Shown here in pieces: positions 26,497 through 39,737 of a stretch of DNA of 64,000 nt (position 1 is its first letter; each line of letters begins with the position of its first letter). The notes beneath the pieces were generated by a model. That model had not been told where the DNA came from. It made no database searches and worked only from the letters and a program-made list of their open reading frames with translations. The stretch comes from Haliotis rufescens (Eukaryota): the NCBI RefSeq assembly GCF_023055435.1, contig NW_025964290.1, positions 2,170,001 through 2,234,000 on the forward strand. Direction: 5' to 3'. A program made the translations under genes and the position numbers.

Positions 26497-26785
26497 GTTT
26501 GTTTGTTGTTTAACGCCGCACTCGCCAATATTCCAGCTATATGACGGCAATATGTAAATTGTTTGGTTTGTTTGTTGTTTAACGCCGCACTCAGCAATAT
26601 TCCAGCTACATGACGGCGGTATATAATAATCGAGTCTGGACCAGGCAATTCAATGATTGACATCATAAGCATCGATCCACGCAATTGAGATACGATGACA
26701 TGCATAAACCAAGTCATCGAGCCTGACCACCCGAACCCATTAATCGCCTCTTACGACATGCATGGGTTGAAGACCTATTCTACAA
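26497..26785 (-). mobile_element. Family B with duplicated 3' tail
   Basis: The tail segment gtttgttgtttaacgccgcactc...tgacggc occurs twice in tandem. Confidence 0.88.
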
Positions 26786-27049
26786 GTTGACGTCCATACG
26801 TTTTTTCACGAAACCGTGTTCTTGAAATGACGTAAACACTGACGGACTACTTCCACATTCCTGGGGAAACCCCGGATTCCCTATCACGAATACACACAGA
26901 AGCGTTGTGTCTGATCATTCAGACCCTCTCATCTTGAACACCGTTTTAGCATAAATTGAGAAACACCAGAGATTTTGACGGCTTCATCGAAATGCATATC
27001 CAAACTATCGTAGTATCGACTCGATCCGTGACTGACGGTGACTGACGGT

Positions 27050-27392
27050 GACTATGCTTGTAAAAGGCGACAAACGGGATCGGGTGGCCAGGCTCGCTGA
27101 CTTGGTTGATGCATGTCATCGATCCCAATTTCGTGGATCGATGCTCATGATATCAATCACTGGATTGTCTGGTCCAGATCGAGACCCGTGAAGATCCGAG
27201 GTAAAACAGGGCTTCAGCAACCCATGCTTGCCGTAATAAGCGACTATGTTTGTCGTAAAAAGTGACTGGTGGATTCTTGTGGTCAGGCTCGCTGACTTGG
27301 TCGATGCATGTCATCGATTATTTACAGACCGCCGTCATATAGCTGGAATATTGCTGAGTGCGGCGTTAAACAACCAACCAACCAACCAACCA
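27050..27392 (+). mobile_element. Family B tandem/nested dimer
   Basis: The first copy stops at ggtccagatcga; a second starts gacccgtg at 27183 and jumps from tcatcga to the tail. Confidence 0.85.
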
Positions 27393-27713
27393 GACTGACA
27401 TTGACAGTCTACAGCATCCATGACACATCTTTTTATCATCCCCTTTGCCTGATCGGCCAACCTATCAATGATGACCAGCACATGTAACCGACATTAACAA
27501 CTTCCGAAACGTTTATCGTGACGGCCATTGTACTTGATGTAAATGTATTACGACGCGCTGTCATTCAGACTGACTTGCTGAGTTCTTAACACACCTTTCT
27601 CGGCCACTGATGATAGTAATTGAATACAATTGTTGTAAAGAAACTACAACAGATGTTCCTGTAGAGCAAGTTGAGCATCCATACGCTCACGTCGCCTGTC
27701 TTTTTGGGGAACT

Positions 27714-27987
27714 GGGGGCACGGATTGCGTCTAAGGCGCCGCGATTCGCTGTGCAGAGTTGCGTCGCTTGGACACGCCAGAAACCTATGATTGTGGGTTC
27801 GAATCCCGGTTCGCCCCGATTATGTTTCTAGGTTTGTCAGCACCATACCCGTGCTCGTGGGTTTCACCGAAGTGGTAAACGTCCGAGACCTGCATCACTT
27901 CGGGCTTTCCTCTCACATTAAGCTGACACGCCGCGATATAACTGGAATACTGTTAAAAGCGGCGTTAAACCCAACTCACTCACTCAC
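27714..27987 (+). mobile_element. SINE family C, near full length
   Basis: TSD tttg(g/a)ggaact at 27703-27713 and 27988-27998; Meta/MESC-like core cttcgggctttcctc...gctgacacgccgcgatataactgg. Confidence 0.92.
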
Positions 27988-28204
27988 TTTGAGGAACTAT
28001 TTTATTCCGCGATACAGCTAGTTGTTGTATGGCTGTCAGTGTAAACATGAAGTCACACTAGATACTAAATAAAACTGTTTAGATCTAGATCTACATTCTT
28101 CGAGGTAAAAAATGGTGATATTAATTTATTTTAAGAATTGACGTCGCAAAGCTCCGGCGCTCATACAGTTTGACCCTCACTCTATGAAGATTCATACTCG
28201 AATG

Positions 28205-28366
28205 GGCGCGGTGGGATAGCCTAGCGGTTAAAGCGTTTGCTCGTCACGCGGAAGATCCGGTTTCGATTCCCGACATGGGTACAATGTGTAAAGCTCATTT
28301 CTGGTGTCCCCCGCCGTGATATTGCTGGAATATTGCTAAAAGCGCCGTAAAACCATACTCACTCAC
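28205..28366 (+). mobile_element. SINE family A, full length
   Basis: Perfect 13 bp TSD tcatactcgaatg at 28192-28204 and 28367-28379. Confidence 0.94.
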
Positions 28367-28442
28367 TCATACTCGAATGAACTCACACAATGACCGGACA
28401 CACAGTATACGAACTCCGAGCCGACCAGTCCTTGTTTTATCA

Positions 28443-28869
28443 CATTCGTGACCAACTCGTGTTATTCCGGGACAAGCCGAATAGCGACTCGTTCCCCCTG
28501 ATGGCCATTTTTGCGACCGGGTTCCGTCTTAACGCAAACGGGCATACCTAAAACAATTGTCAACTCGCGATCGTTGCGTAATGGTTCACATATATTTCCA
28601 CATAGATTATATATATTTCACATGCAATTTAAAGCACATCTGGACATAAGGAATTATACAGTATGATTGAACACATTTAACTGTGTCTTGGGTTTATTTT
28701 TAGATGCAAGACATATGTAAAATATAAAATTATTTCTGAGGGATTCTTTGACGAAGAACTTGAAATCATACGCGCATTCTGATTGGTTTGTCGTATTTTC
28801 GCACATAACATTCATCGATTGGGGGAGGAGTCTTCTTAAGTTACGGAAAGGGGCGAGTGGTGACGAATG
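28443..28869. mobile_element. 427 bp MITE with ~16 bp TIRs and 9 bp TSD, inserted into a family D fragment
   Basis: TIRs cattcgtgaccaactcg / cgagtggtgacgaatg; TSD gttttatca at 28434-28442 and 28870-28878; the flanks rejoin into contiguous family D sequence. Confidence 0.88.
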
Positions 28870-30423
28870 GTTTTATCAGCTTTATGCCGAGTGCCAGACC
28901 GGGTAACAAAAAGTACCATCTTTTAACGGTGCAGATGAGAAGTCCCCTTGCGGATCACAATGTCCTCTTCTCTTATCCACAACTGTGATGGGATTATAAA
29001 GAGAGCAACGCCGTGAACGACGAATGTAGTCGTAGTTCCGACGTCAATGTCATTGCGGTTTTCAATTCCTTTTCCTCACATTTACATATGAATATCGGAG
29101 ATAAATAGATTGATTAAATTTATACAACCATAGTTTGGTGAGACATAATTTTCGTGTCAGTCCGCTCTATAAAACTGATACGTCTAACCGGACTTAACTA
29201 AGCGTGTTTATGTGGGACACTATCAGCGTTACCTGAAACCTGAAAAATAATGACTGCTGTCAAAATTCAAAGGATATTTTTTTTAATTTATAGCCATTGT
29301 CTCAACGCCATTTTGTATCGTGTCCAATTATTTCTGAGTAATCATATGGAACTGTCTGAGGCCGTTAAATCGCCGTTCGTCTGTATAAACCTAAATGACG
29401 TCATCAGTCTACGTGTGAAATAATGACTTCATTGGAAGAGCAGACGCGCATGCGCGGCAGACGACACTTTGCGCGTTCGTCTGTCATTTCATGAGACGAC
29501 GAAATACCTTAGGGAGAAGAGATTATTTTCATTAAGCAATTTCTACGACATATCTTGGACAATTTGCTCACTAATTTTGTATGAAATTCTTCACCTCAAC
29601 GTCTCGCGTGGACACGACAATCTTGGGGACGTTCTCAAAACGTTATTAGATTCTGCAAATTCAATTTGTTAATTTCAGACTCAACTCCAGAAGACAGGCC
29701 TTCCTTATGTACTAATTGACAAAAATACAACCTAAACAAAATTAGACACGTCACTCAAGATCAAATTTAAAGCTCAATGGATTTTGATACGCCCCCTCCG
29801 TTGAAAACAAAAGCAGACGTCAGAGAAATGAAAGGATTCCAAATTAACGACATGTTAGCGTGAAACAGGAGAATTGTCGTCTGATTGTAGAAAGAATAGA
29901 GACATCAAGAGGACAAATTAAGAAGTTTGAACAGCAAGACGTTGTTGTGCGACCCCACCTGGCTGTGCGCAGAGAGGAGCGGGAGACGCCATTCATCGCC
30001 GTGTGCCTTGGTGATATTGTCTAGACAACTGATTGCATAGAAGGGCGTAAAACACCGACATGTGCCGATTTTTTTAAAACATTTTTTTTTCAATTAAAAA
30101 CAACAAAGGCGGAATCTTTGCTGACTGAATCTCACTCGTGTCTGTGTAGTTTTCATTTTCATGTTGTTGTTTTTATAAAAAAAACTATATTTATTGTTAA
30201 AATTATTCTGAAACAAGGCCACAGCTAAAAATGGGCCTTAAGCAAAGTAATCGGATCTCAGTGCTCTAAAGGGTTCTTTGTATGCGATGGGAACTTTGAA
30301 ACGAAACATAACGTTTTGTAGCCGTAATCGGATGTCATTGCTTTAAAGGTGCTCTGTGTATAAGTGTATTTTAAAGGTGCTCTGTGTATAAGTGTATAAG
30401 TGGGCCAGCCCCGTGGTTCCCTT

Positions 30424-31000
30424 CCACTGATTTACCCAACTGAACTAGAAATGAAGGAGACCAGTGAGACCGCCTTGTCTGTTTCATATTTAGATCTATG
30501 CTTAAAGATTCTCCACACGACTATATGACAAAAGGGATGACTTCAACTTTCCAATAGTCAACTTTCCCTTCATCTCGAGCCATATTCCAGCAGCTCCAAC
30601 CTTTTGTTTGTTTGTTTGTTGTTTAACGCCGCACTCAGCAATATTCATGCTTTATGACGGCGGTCTGTAAATAATCGAGTCTGGACCAGACAATCCAGTG
30701 ATTAATATCATGAGCATCAATCCACGCAATTGGGATCGATGACATAAATCAACCAAGTCGGCGAGCCTGACCACTCGATCCCGTTAGTCGCTCCAACCTA
30801 TTGAGTTACTATCGAGCATGCTCTTTCTACCAAGATTTCAAAGAGCGTCCGTCATACGACTTGCCTTTGCAAGTTTGTGACGGGTGCCACCGGTGGGGCA
30901 GGATACGTTCACCTTCTCGCGAACACCTGGTATCCTTACTATTTGAGAGTGATTCAAACACACATGCTCGTGATATAGTCGGAATCGTACAATTGACTCT
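30424..31000 (+). pseudogene. Penelope-like element reverse-transcriptase fragment plus 3' region, frameshifted and split by a family B insertion
   Basis: Translates to IYPTELEMKETSETALSVSYLDLCLK / LYDKRDDFNFPIVNFPFISSHIPAAPTY / YYRACSFYQDFKER, the recognisable C-terminal RT motifs of Penelope-like elements. Confidence 0.88.
30603..30789 (-). mobile_element. Family B, 5'-truncated
   Basis: TSD gctccaacct at 30593-30602 and 30790-30799. Confidence 0.92.
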
Positions 31001-31002
31001 TT

Positions 31003-31139
31003 GGTGTCTCAGTCGGCTGGCACTATAAAATCGGCATATCCGGACAAGTAAACACACACACACATACACACATACACACACGTCGCTATATAAGTGCAAT
31101 ATTCTTGGACGCGACGTTAAACCCCATTTCACCTCACCT
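31003..31139 (+). mobile_element. Family D, 3' fragment
   Basis: gcactataaaatcggcat, (CA)n, cttggacgcgacgttaaaccccatttcacctc. Confidence 0.88.
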
Positions 31140-32445
31140 GATTATTATAAGTGGTTTGTCGGCACCCTACTCGTGTTCGTGGATTTCACCAAAGTGAAGA
31201 ACGTCTAAAAGGTGCGTTATTTTGCACTTTCTCCTTGACTATTTTGGCTGCATTTTGTGCTGTGGTGTTCCGGAACCACTGAACTGACCCGATATTATGA
31301 TATGCTGACCTCTGCATGGGGGATAAAAGCTTCTCAATCAACTCGAAAAGTAATTATAAGCAAATTATGAACATACATTTTACAGCTCACACACGTATCA
31401 ATTCAGTCTTAAGTTGAGATACAAACGAGCCAGGAGTCATAGATTTCCCTATACGATGACGTAGTCATTAACACCAACATGAAGGCAATCTTCAACACAT
31501 ATTCATCCGCACGAAAACCGCATCACTACAGAGTTCCACGATCTATCCGTCGCGAAATATAAGCCAGAAGCACATACGCACAGGCTGTCCTCTCCCGTAC
31601 TAAAGCAGCTAAAGCCCTTTTAAGGGATATTAAGGAGGCTACTAACCTCGTTACTTAGATGCTCGTAAACTCAGTGAAGGGACTAACACGCCTCCCATCA
31701 GTCGTACATTAGCGCCCCCTGGACGTACTACTACCGTAATGGACGTCTTGGTGAAACATGGCCGATATGGGAAAAGTTAATCCCGCGATAAACAACGAGA
31801 TTTACCTTAATCCCAGAAGATGGCCGGATTATCACCCGCGTGAGGTGTGCTGACGAGTCTTGGTACTTATGTGGGAATGGATAAGGATGCTTGAAGGGCT
31901 CTTGTATCTTGTATAGGCGGTATATTGTTTTCAACTTGTTCCAAAAGTATTAATTGTTTGCTGGTTGCCTCAAACAGAATTTAGTTAGGGCTCAAGAAAA
32001 TTTGACTGGCATCGCATTTTCGAGGAAATACTTGTAGGGTCCGGTTGATAGAGCGTCTGCGCGGAAGGTCGGTGGTTCGATCCCCCCAAACCTAAACCGT
32101 GGTTGATATAAAATTGATTTATACTTTTGCAAAATCACGTATAGTTGCGTCAGTTTTACTTGTTTAAATGCACGTTCCGAATGGCCAGTATGCTCAGAAT
32201 AGTCAGTGAAATCCTGGCTCAGAATCGACTTCAACCACAATAGTTGATGGTTATAATGGTTTAACGCTAGGGGGCGCAGCTTGCTGAAGGAAACTATCCT
32301 GAAACATATCTTTTATAAAGAATAGAGGGCTCATAAGTGATCTTCGCCAAACGAGTATTTAAGTTGTTCAGCGTTCAGTGTAACACATGTGATCATCTCC
32401 CTTGTATAGGTAGACAGTTGCTTATGTGTAAATTGGCATCGACAT

Positions 32446-32681
32446 CCATCAACCAAGTCAGCGAGCCTGACCAGCCGATCCCGTTAGTCGCCTCTTACGA
32501 CAAGCATAGTCGCCTTTTACGGCAAGCATGGGTTGCTGAAAACCTACTCTTCCCCGGATTTAGCAATATTCCGGCAATATCACGGCGGAGGACACCACAC
32601 TTGGGACCCATGTGGGGAATGGAACCCGGGTCTTCGGCGTGATGAGCGAACGCTTTAACAACTGGGCTACACCACCGTCCC
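32446..32681 (-). mobile_element. Tail-less SINE A fused to the 5' half of family B
   Basis: On the minus strand the A head runs to attgctaaa and then directly into the B head tccggggagagtagg...ggcgactaacggg. Confidence 0.85.
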
Positions 32682-33004
32682 TGCCCTGAATTGTGTTTTT
32701 AGAATTGTTTCACGGTACTTAATAAGCGGACTTAGATGTATTTAACATGACATTATTGGAGTACAGTCGTGTCACGCTGTAGTCAGCAACGTTACATCTC
32801 CCGGCGGCACAAGAAGCAGTCGAGTCTGGACCAGGCAAACCAGTGGTCGATAGTATGAGCAAATACGACATCACACTAACAACTGATCATTTCTTCTCGT
32901 CCAGCCATCCTGCTACTCGCACCACTGGACATTGTGATCAACCAATCCATTCCTAATCGTCACCAAATCACAACATGAACACCAACAATGGGGGGATTCG
33001 AACC

Positions 33005-33260
33005 TGGTCTTCGGTAAATAGGCGACTATGCTTGTCGTAAGAGGCGACTAACGGGATCGGGTGGTCAGGCTTGCTGACTTGGCTGATGCATGTCATCAAT
33101 TTCGTGGACCGATGCTCATGTTATTAATCACTGGATTGTCTGGTCCAGACTCGATTATTTACAGACCGCCGTCATATAGCTGGAATATTGCTGACTGCGG
33201 CGTTAAGCAACAAACAAACAACAGCATAAAAGCGGCGTAAAACCATTCTCACTCACTCAC
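33005..33260 (+). mobile_element. Family B body and tail followed by an orphan SINE A tail
   Basis: B tail at ~33200-33222, then taaaagcggcgtaaaaccattctcactcactc. Confidence 0.87.
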
Positions 33261-34170
33261 AGATTTCAGCGCGCGTGACAGGTCAAAGCAGGCCGATAAT
33301 GAAGAAATAAAATGTTCGTTTTGACTCGAGGCGTTTTAACACTGCTTATAACTGAGGACTGTTAATCATCCTTTAAAACATCCTTCAACAATTAAAATAA
33401 TTACTGTCCAAATTGTATCTTGTCTCCGCCAAATTCCACCCTTGCTCTGTGGGAGATGTCAACTTTTTTTTTCTAACATTTGACACATCATACAAAACAC
33501 GTGACTCACGCATCGCCCATGTCACGTGACATCAATCTGCAACCCGGCTGTCCGAATTTGGAAGTAAAGTTGTCAAATTGAGGGGATCGGTGTGATTAAT
33601 CGCCGTTTAAAAGCTAAAATCATGTAATACTTAATTGTAACTTGATCCCTGGGGAGCAAACAGTCTTTGTTTGGAGACTTCTGTGACAGAAAAACAGCCC
33701 CGGATCACATGTGTTATTGCGCAGAGCACGGAGGCTTAATTTGGGGGAATTTTCATTTTTTAAATGGTTTGGATATTTACAAAAGTAATAATTTATCGCG
33801 GAGCTCACAGAGCAGCATCTTTGGAAGGATTTCCTCAATTTGATCTGATTTGTGTTCTTTAAACAGGTTCATAATTGTGATGTGACGCGGTTTCAAATGA
33901 TTTGCTTGCACAACATTTTTTTATATTAATGTTGAGGTCATATAGCTTTAGTTATGTTTATTTAGAAAACACTGTCCTCTTTTTCTTTCCCATCTTGTTT
34001 TTTCTGATATTTTGACATCTATGAAAGAGGCAACACCAAGAGTTTCATTTATAAAACCATGGTTATTCTAATAACGTATTTGCAAATTCAAACGTTATTT
34101 CTAACAAATATTATTGTTGTTCATGGTGATGACAAGATTGGTTTGAGAAACAAAAAATATTTTGTTTATG

Positions 34171-34511
34171 GGTGAGGTGAGGTGAAATTGGGCGAAATTG
34201 CGTCCAAGATTATTGCACTTGTATAGCGACGTGTGTGTATGTGTTGTTTGTTTGTTTTTGTTTTTTTGGGGGGGGTCCCGACTGATGCCGATTTATAGTG
34301 CTAGCTCACTGAGATACCATGCCGCAGTATAACATGAATACCCCACTCAGACACAGTATACTGACTCCGTGCCGACCAGTCCTTGTTTTCACCCCTCAAT
34401 GCCGAGCGCGAGACAGGACAACAACAAGCACCATCTGTTATCGTCTTTTGGTTTGACGCGGCCGGGGATCGCTCCGGGTGGACGCTCTGCCTCCAGACCA
34501 CGGAGACGGCC
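34171..34511 (-). mobile_element. SINE family D (V-SINE), full length
   Basis: TSD attttgtttatg at 34159-34170 and 34512-34523. Confidence 0.9.
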
Positions 34512-35551
34512 ATTTTGTTTATGATTTTATTTATGCAAAATCTTTTATTTATTATACACAGTGCGAAGAGACCGTTGAACGACCTACCAATTAATGACTC
34601 AGTACAATTTGGGACGGTTGATATTCCACGTTTCGGTAGAGCGAACACTCCTTAATCCAAACAGCTCCAAATGGTCCTTATTACGAGATTTCGCTGTATT
34701 CCCCCGTCGTGCTGAAGCTTATCTCCCCATTAGTTGTTTGCAAATCTCTCGTCAGGACGCACGCACATTATTGATGACATCGCAGCTAAACAAGAGGCTC
34801 CGAGTGTTTCCGAGTGTTCCCGAGTGCCCCCGAGTGTTCCCATGGGTATCCTTATGAATCTCCACATCTTAAACAAACACTGCACCCCTCTCATCTCACT
34901 CAACGCCGGGCTAATCTCACTCTTGAGGAAACAGTTGGATTAAATGTATCATTACAAGCGACTTCTGTAAGTGGACCGAGGTGTTGGTGGTGAAATCGTG
35001 CATACCAGGAATAATGCTACTGTCAGGACGACTATGTGGAACTGCTTCACTGTCTTGCTCGTTCATCTTATCCAATTAATCCGCACGTGACATTTACAAA
35101 CAGAAAATATTAATTCCTTTGAAGGTGCATATAACACCCCAGATCACCAGCAGAAACATCTAGACTACACTGACACAGTTTGTAATACAGTTGATATTGA
35201 CATTTGGAGACGGGTATCTTTTTCAAAAAACACAATTTATTCCAGATTATTCTAAAAAAGAATGTTTGCTAGTAATTGGATTGTTTGTTTTAATTTGGTC
35301 TTCCTCAGTTAGTGATGAGATATCTTGCCTCCAACACAAACCCCTTCCTCCACCCAACACAGATTACACAAAACACAGAAAACCCGTCAATTTGACTGTG
35401 CCGTTCCCATTTCAGTAGTCGGAGCCCCCCTTTAAGGCCGAGATTGACTATCAATGGGCTGAGCATTGCTAGAAGAAAGCACTGCATCAAGGAGTTATGT
35501 GCTGAAGAATCTGGCTCTTTGAGATTTCTTTGTAAGATAGTTTACCACCCA

Positions 35552-35716
35552 TGGGGCGGTAGGTTAGCCTAGTGGGTAAAGCGTTAGCTCGTCAATCCGA
35601 AGTCCCGGGTTCGATTCCCCACTTTGATAGAATGAGTGAAGCCCCTTTCTGATGTCTCCACAAGTGGTATTTGTTGAATATCGCTAAAAGCGGCGTTAAA
35701 CAATATTCACTCACTG
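35552..35716 (+). mobile_element. SINE family A, diverged
   Basis: tagcctagtgg and gggttcgattcccc boxes; tail present. Confidence 0.87.
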
Positions 35717-35780
35717 GCCTATGGTCTGCTGTATGTCCAGCCAAACCTTGCTAATCCGGATAGTGCTGTTCCCATGAAAT

Positions 35781-35859
35781 GACCGCCTCCGTGGACCAGT
35801 GGTTAGAGCATCTGCCCTGAGAGCACTACAAAACCGGCATCAGTCCGGACTAGTGCACA

Positions 35860-35939
<80 letters not shown>

Positions 35940-35945
35940 GTATAA
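35781..35945 (+). mobile_element. Internally deleted family D with expanded (GCAC)n(AC)n
   Basis: Head gaccgcctccgtgg joined to ccggcatcagtccggactagt. Confidence 0.8.
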
Positions 35946-36093
35946 ACAAATCATCAGTACTGAGCAATGCCCCCTTGTAGTTTATTGACGTCCCCAACCA
36001 TTTTTGTCTGTATGCGATGTGTCATCTTGTCATCATTATTTGAATTAATGTTTGGTGAATAATATAAGCAATGGGTCATCTATCCCATCTAAT

Positions 36094-36118
36094 CAGAGAC
36101 CATATTATATGGTCTCTG
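36094..36118. mobile_element. 25 bp perfect-palindrome TIR relic with 8 bp TSD
   Basis: cagagaccatat-t-atatggtctctg flanked by catctaat at 36086-36093 and 36119-36126. Confidence 0.85.
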
Positions 36119-36966
36119 CATCTAATAGCCTCATCTACACTCCGCCAGGGCTTAGGTATTCGCCGACGCTCAACGTAGTACCTAAACTTTCAAAGGTGCT
36201 ACCGAAATAATTCTAATGGATTTTCTTTAACTCCTTGTCTGTGTCCCAAACAGAATATTCAATATAACAGCTTATCTCGAAAATCGGCATTTATAGTCCA
36301 GCCAAGATCTAGATTAAGTCTGATCATTTAATGAATTATTGATATTGATATTCATGACACGGACTGAAACCTTGATTGTAACATGTGTCAATTACGTCCG
36401 ACCACTCAGACAGTCAACATTGTGCCTATGCTGACAACGTTCATTTCCGGGTTCCGTTGCCTCGGAAGTAACCACAGGATTAACGCAAACCAGGCCAGGC
36501 TTAGGGGTTCATCTCAAACGAGGTTGGAGCCTCGTTTTAAGTAAATTAAGTTTGTAAACATGGCGCCTGACATTGTTCAGATCGTGAAGACGTCAGATGA
36601 AGACAGCAGGATGACCCCCCAGGGAGTCCTCCAATCTGCCCAAGTTTCTGCTCCGATGGCCAACACAGCTTTCTTTAATCCCCGAACTTGCTTATTTCTC
36701 CTTGGATTAATTCTTAATTTGCATGGGGTCGTTTGGATTAACCTTGGTCGCGGTCGTGGTCTAGACTCGTTGTCAGAGGCTATTGGTGCCAACATTGGAA
36801 TAGACTTGACTTGACTTCAAGAATGTCGTGATACGAGTCGGTGAAAGAGAAGATACTTGGATGGAGAGTCCAATAGCATCCTAATGTATCCAGTACTGTT
36901 ATATTTACCTTCTGTTATTAGCAATAACCTGGCTACATTAGCGATTGTTTGTTTGGGAAGTGATTT

Positions 36967-39524
36967 GACCACCTCCGTCTCCTATCTGTAACACAGCATA
37001 GAGACCACCTCCGTCTCCTGTCTGTAACACAGCATAGAGACCACCTCCGTCTCCTGTCTGTAACACAGCATAGACTACCTCCGTCTCCTGTCTGTAACAC
37101 AGCATAGAGACCACCACCGTCTCCTGTCTGTAACACAGCATAGAGACCACCTCCGTCTCCTATCTGTAACACAGAATAGAGACCACACCGTCTCCTGTCT
37201 GTAACACAGCATAGAGACCATCTCCGTCTTCTATCTGTAACACAGCATAGAGACCAACTCCGTCTCCTATCTGTAACACAGCATAGAGGCCATCTCCGTC
37301 TCCTATCTGTAACACAGCATAGAGACCATCTCCGTCTCCTATCTGTAACACAGCATAGAGACCATCTCCGTCTCCTATCTGTAACACAGCATAGAGACCA
37401 TCTCCGTCTCCTATCTGTAACACAGCATAGAGACCAACTCCGTCTCCTATCTGTAACACAGCATAGAGACCACCTCCGTCTCCTGTCTGTAACACAGCAT
37501 AGAGACCACCCCGTCTCCTATCTGTAACACAGCATAGAGACCTCCTCCGTCTCCTGTCTGTAACACAGCATAGAGACCAACTCCGTCTCCTGTCTGTAAC
37601 ACAGCATAGAGACCACCTCCGTCTCCTGTCTGTAACACAGCATAGAGACCACCTCCGTCTCCTATCTGTAACACAGCATAGAGACCATCTCCGTCTCCTA
37701 TCTGTAACACAACATAGAGACCATCTCCGTCTCCTATCTGTAACACAGCATAGAGACCACCCCCGTCTCCTGTCTGTAACACAGCATAGAGACCACCTCC
37801 GTCTCCTGTCTGTAACACAACATAGAGACCACCTCCGTCTCCTGTCTGTAACACAACATAGAGACCACCTCCGTCTCCTTTCTGTAACACAGTATAGAGA
37901 CCACCTCCGTCTCCTATCTGTAACACAGCATAGAGACCACCTCCGTCTCCTGTCTGTAACACAGCATAGAGACCACCTCCGTCTCCTATCTGTAACACAG
38001 CATAGAGACCATCTCCGTCTCCTATCTGTAACACAACATAGAGACCACCTCCGTCTCCTATCTGTAACACAACATAGAGACCACCTCCGTCTCCTATCTG
38101 TAACACAGCATAGAGACCACCTCTGTCTCCTGTCTGTAACACAGCATAGAGACCATCTCCGTCTCCTTTCTGTAACACAGCATAGAGACCAACTCCGTCT
38201 CCTATCTGTAACACAACATAGAGACCAACTCCGTCTCTTATCTGTAACACAACATAGAGACCACCTCCGTCTCCTATCTGTAACACAACATAGAGACCAC
38301 CTCCGTCTCCTATCTGTAACACAGCATAGAGACCACCTCTGTCTCCTGTCTGTAACACAGCATAGAGACCATCTCCGTCTCCTTTCTGTAACACAGCATA
38401 GAGACCAACTCCGTCTCCTATCTGTAACACAGCATAGAGACCACCCCGTCTCCTATCTGTAACACAGCATAGAGACCACCTCCGTCTCCTGTCTGTAACA
38501 CAACATAGAGACCACCTCCGTCTCCTATCTGTAACACAGCATAGAGACCACCTCCGTCTCCTGTCTGTAACACAGCATAGAGACCACCTCCGTCTCCTAT
38601 CTGTAACACAGCATAGAGACCAACTCCGTCTCCTATCTGTTACACAGCATAGAGACCACCCCGTCTCCTATCTGTAACACAGCATAGAGACCACCCCGTC
38701 TCCTATCTGTAACACAGCATAGAGACCACCTCCGTCTCCTATCTGTAACACAGCATAGAGACCACCTCCGTCTCCTGTCTGTAACACAGCATAGAGACCT
38801 CCTCCGTCTCCTGTCTGTAACACAGCATAGAGACCAACTCCGTCTCCTGTCTGTAACACAGCATAGAGACCATCTCCGTCTCCTGTCTGTAACACAGCAT
38901 AGAGACCACCTCCGTCTCCTGTCTGTAACACAGCATAGAGACCACCTCCGTCTCCTGTCTGTAACACAGCATAGAGACCACCTCCGTCTCCTATCTGTAA
39001 CACAGCATAGAGACCTCCTCCGTCTCCTGTCTGTAACACAGCATAGAGACCATCTCCGTCTCCTATCTGTAACACAGCATAGAGACCACCTCCGTCTCCT
39101 GTCTGTAACACAGCATAGAGACCACCTCCGTCTCCTATCTTTAACACAGCATAGAGACCAACTCCGTCTCCTATCTGTAACACAGCATAGAGACCAACTC
39201 CGTCTCTTATCTGTAACACAGCATAGAGACTACCTCCGTCTCCTGTCTGTAACACAGCATAGAGACCTCCTCCGTCTCCTATCTGTAACACAGCATAGAG
39301 ACCACCTCCGTCTCCTATCTGTAACACAGTATAGAGACCACCCCGTCTCCTGTCTGTAACACAGCATAGAGACCTCCTCCGTCTCCTATCTGTAACACAG
39401 CATAGAGACCATCTCCGTCTCTTATCTGTAACACAGCATAGAGACCTCCTCCGTCTCCTATCCGTAACACAGCATAGAGACCACCTCCGTCTCCTATCTG
39501 TAACACAGCATAGAGACCACCTCC
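36967..39524. repeat. 36 bp minisatellite, ~71 units (gagaccacctccgtctcctrtctgtaacacagcata)
   Basis: Homogeneous tandem array with occasional 35 bp units. Confidence 0.98.
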
Positions 39525-39678
39525 AGATAGTACTTGTGCTTACCCTGTCTGGCGCTCGGCATTAAGGGGTTAAAACAAGGACTGTAGGCACGGAGTCAGT
39601 ATACTGTGTCTGAGTGGGGTATTCAAGTTAATCTGTGGCATGGTATCTCAGAGGGCTAGCACTATAAATCGACATCAG

Positions 39679-39737
<59 letters not shown>

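Noticed and set aside
36560-36814. Overlapping 84 aa and 72 aa ORFs in non-repetitive DNA
   Set aside because: No recognisable domain or convincing splice context; a small exon cannot be excluded without RNA data.
36933-39506. Long LQIGDGGGLYAV-repeat ORFs up to 327 aa
   Set aside because: Pure read-through of the 36 bp minisatellite; 35 bp units break the frame repeatedly and there are no unique flanking domains.
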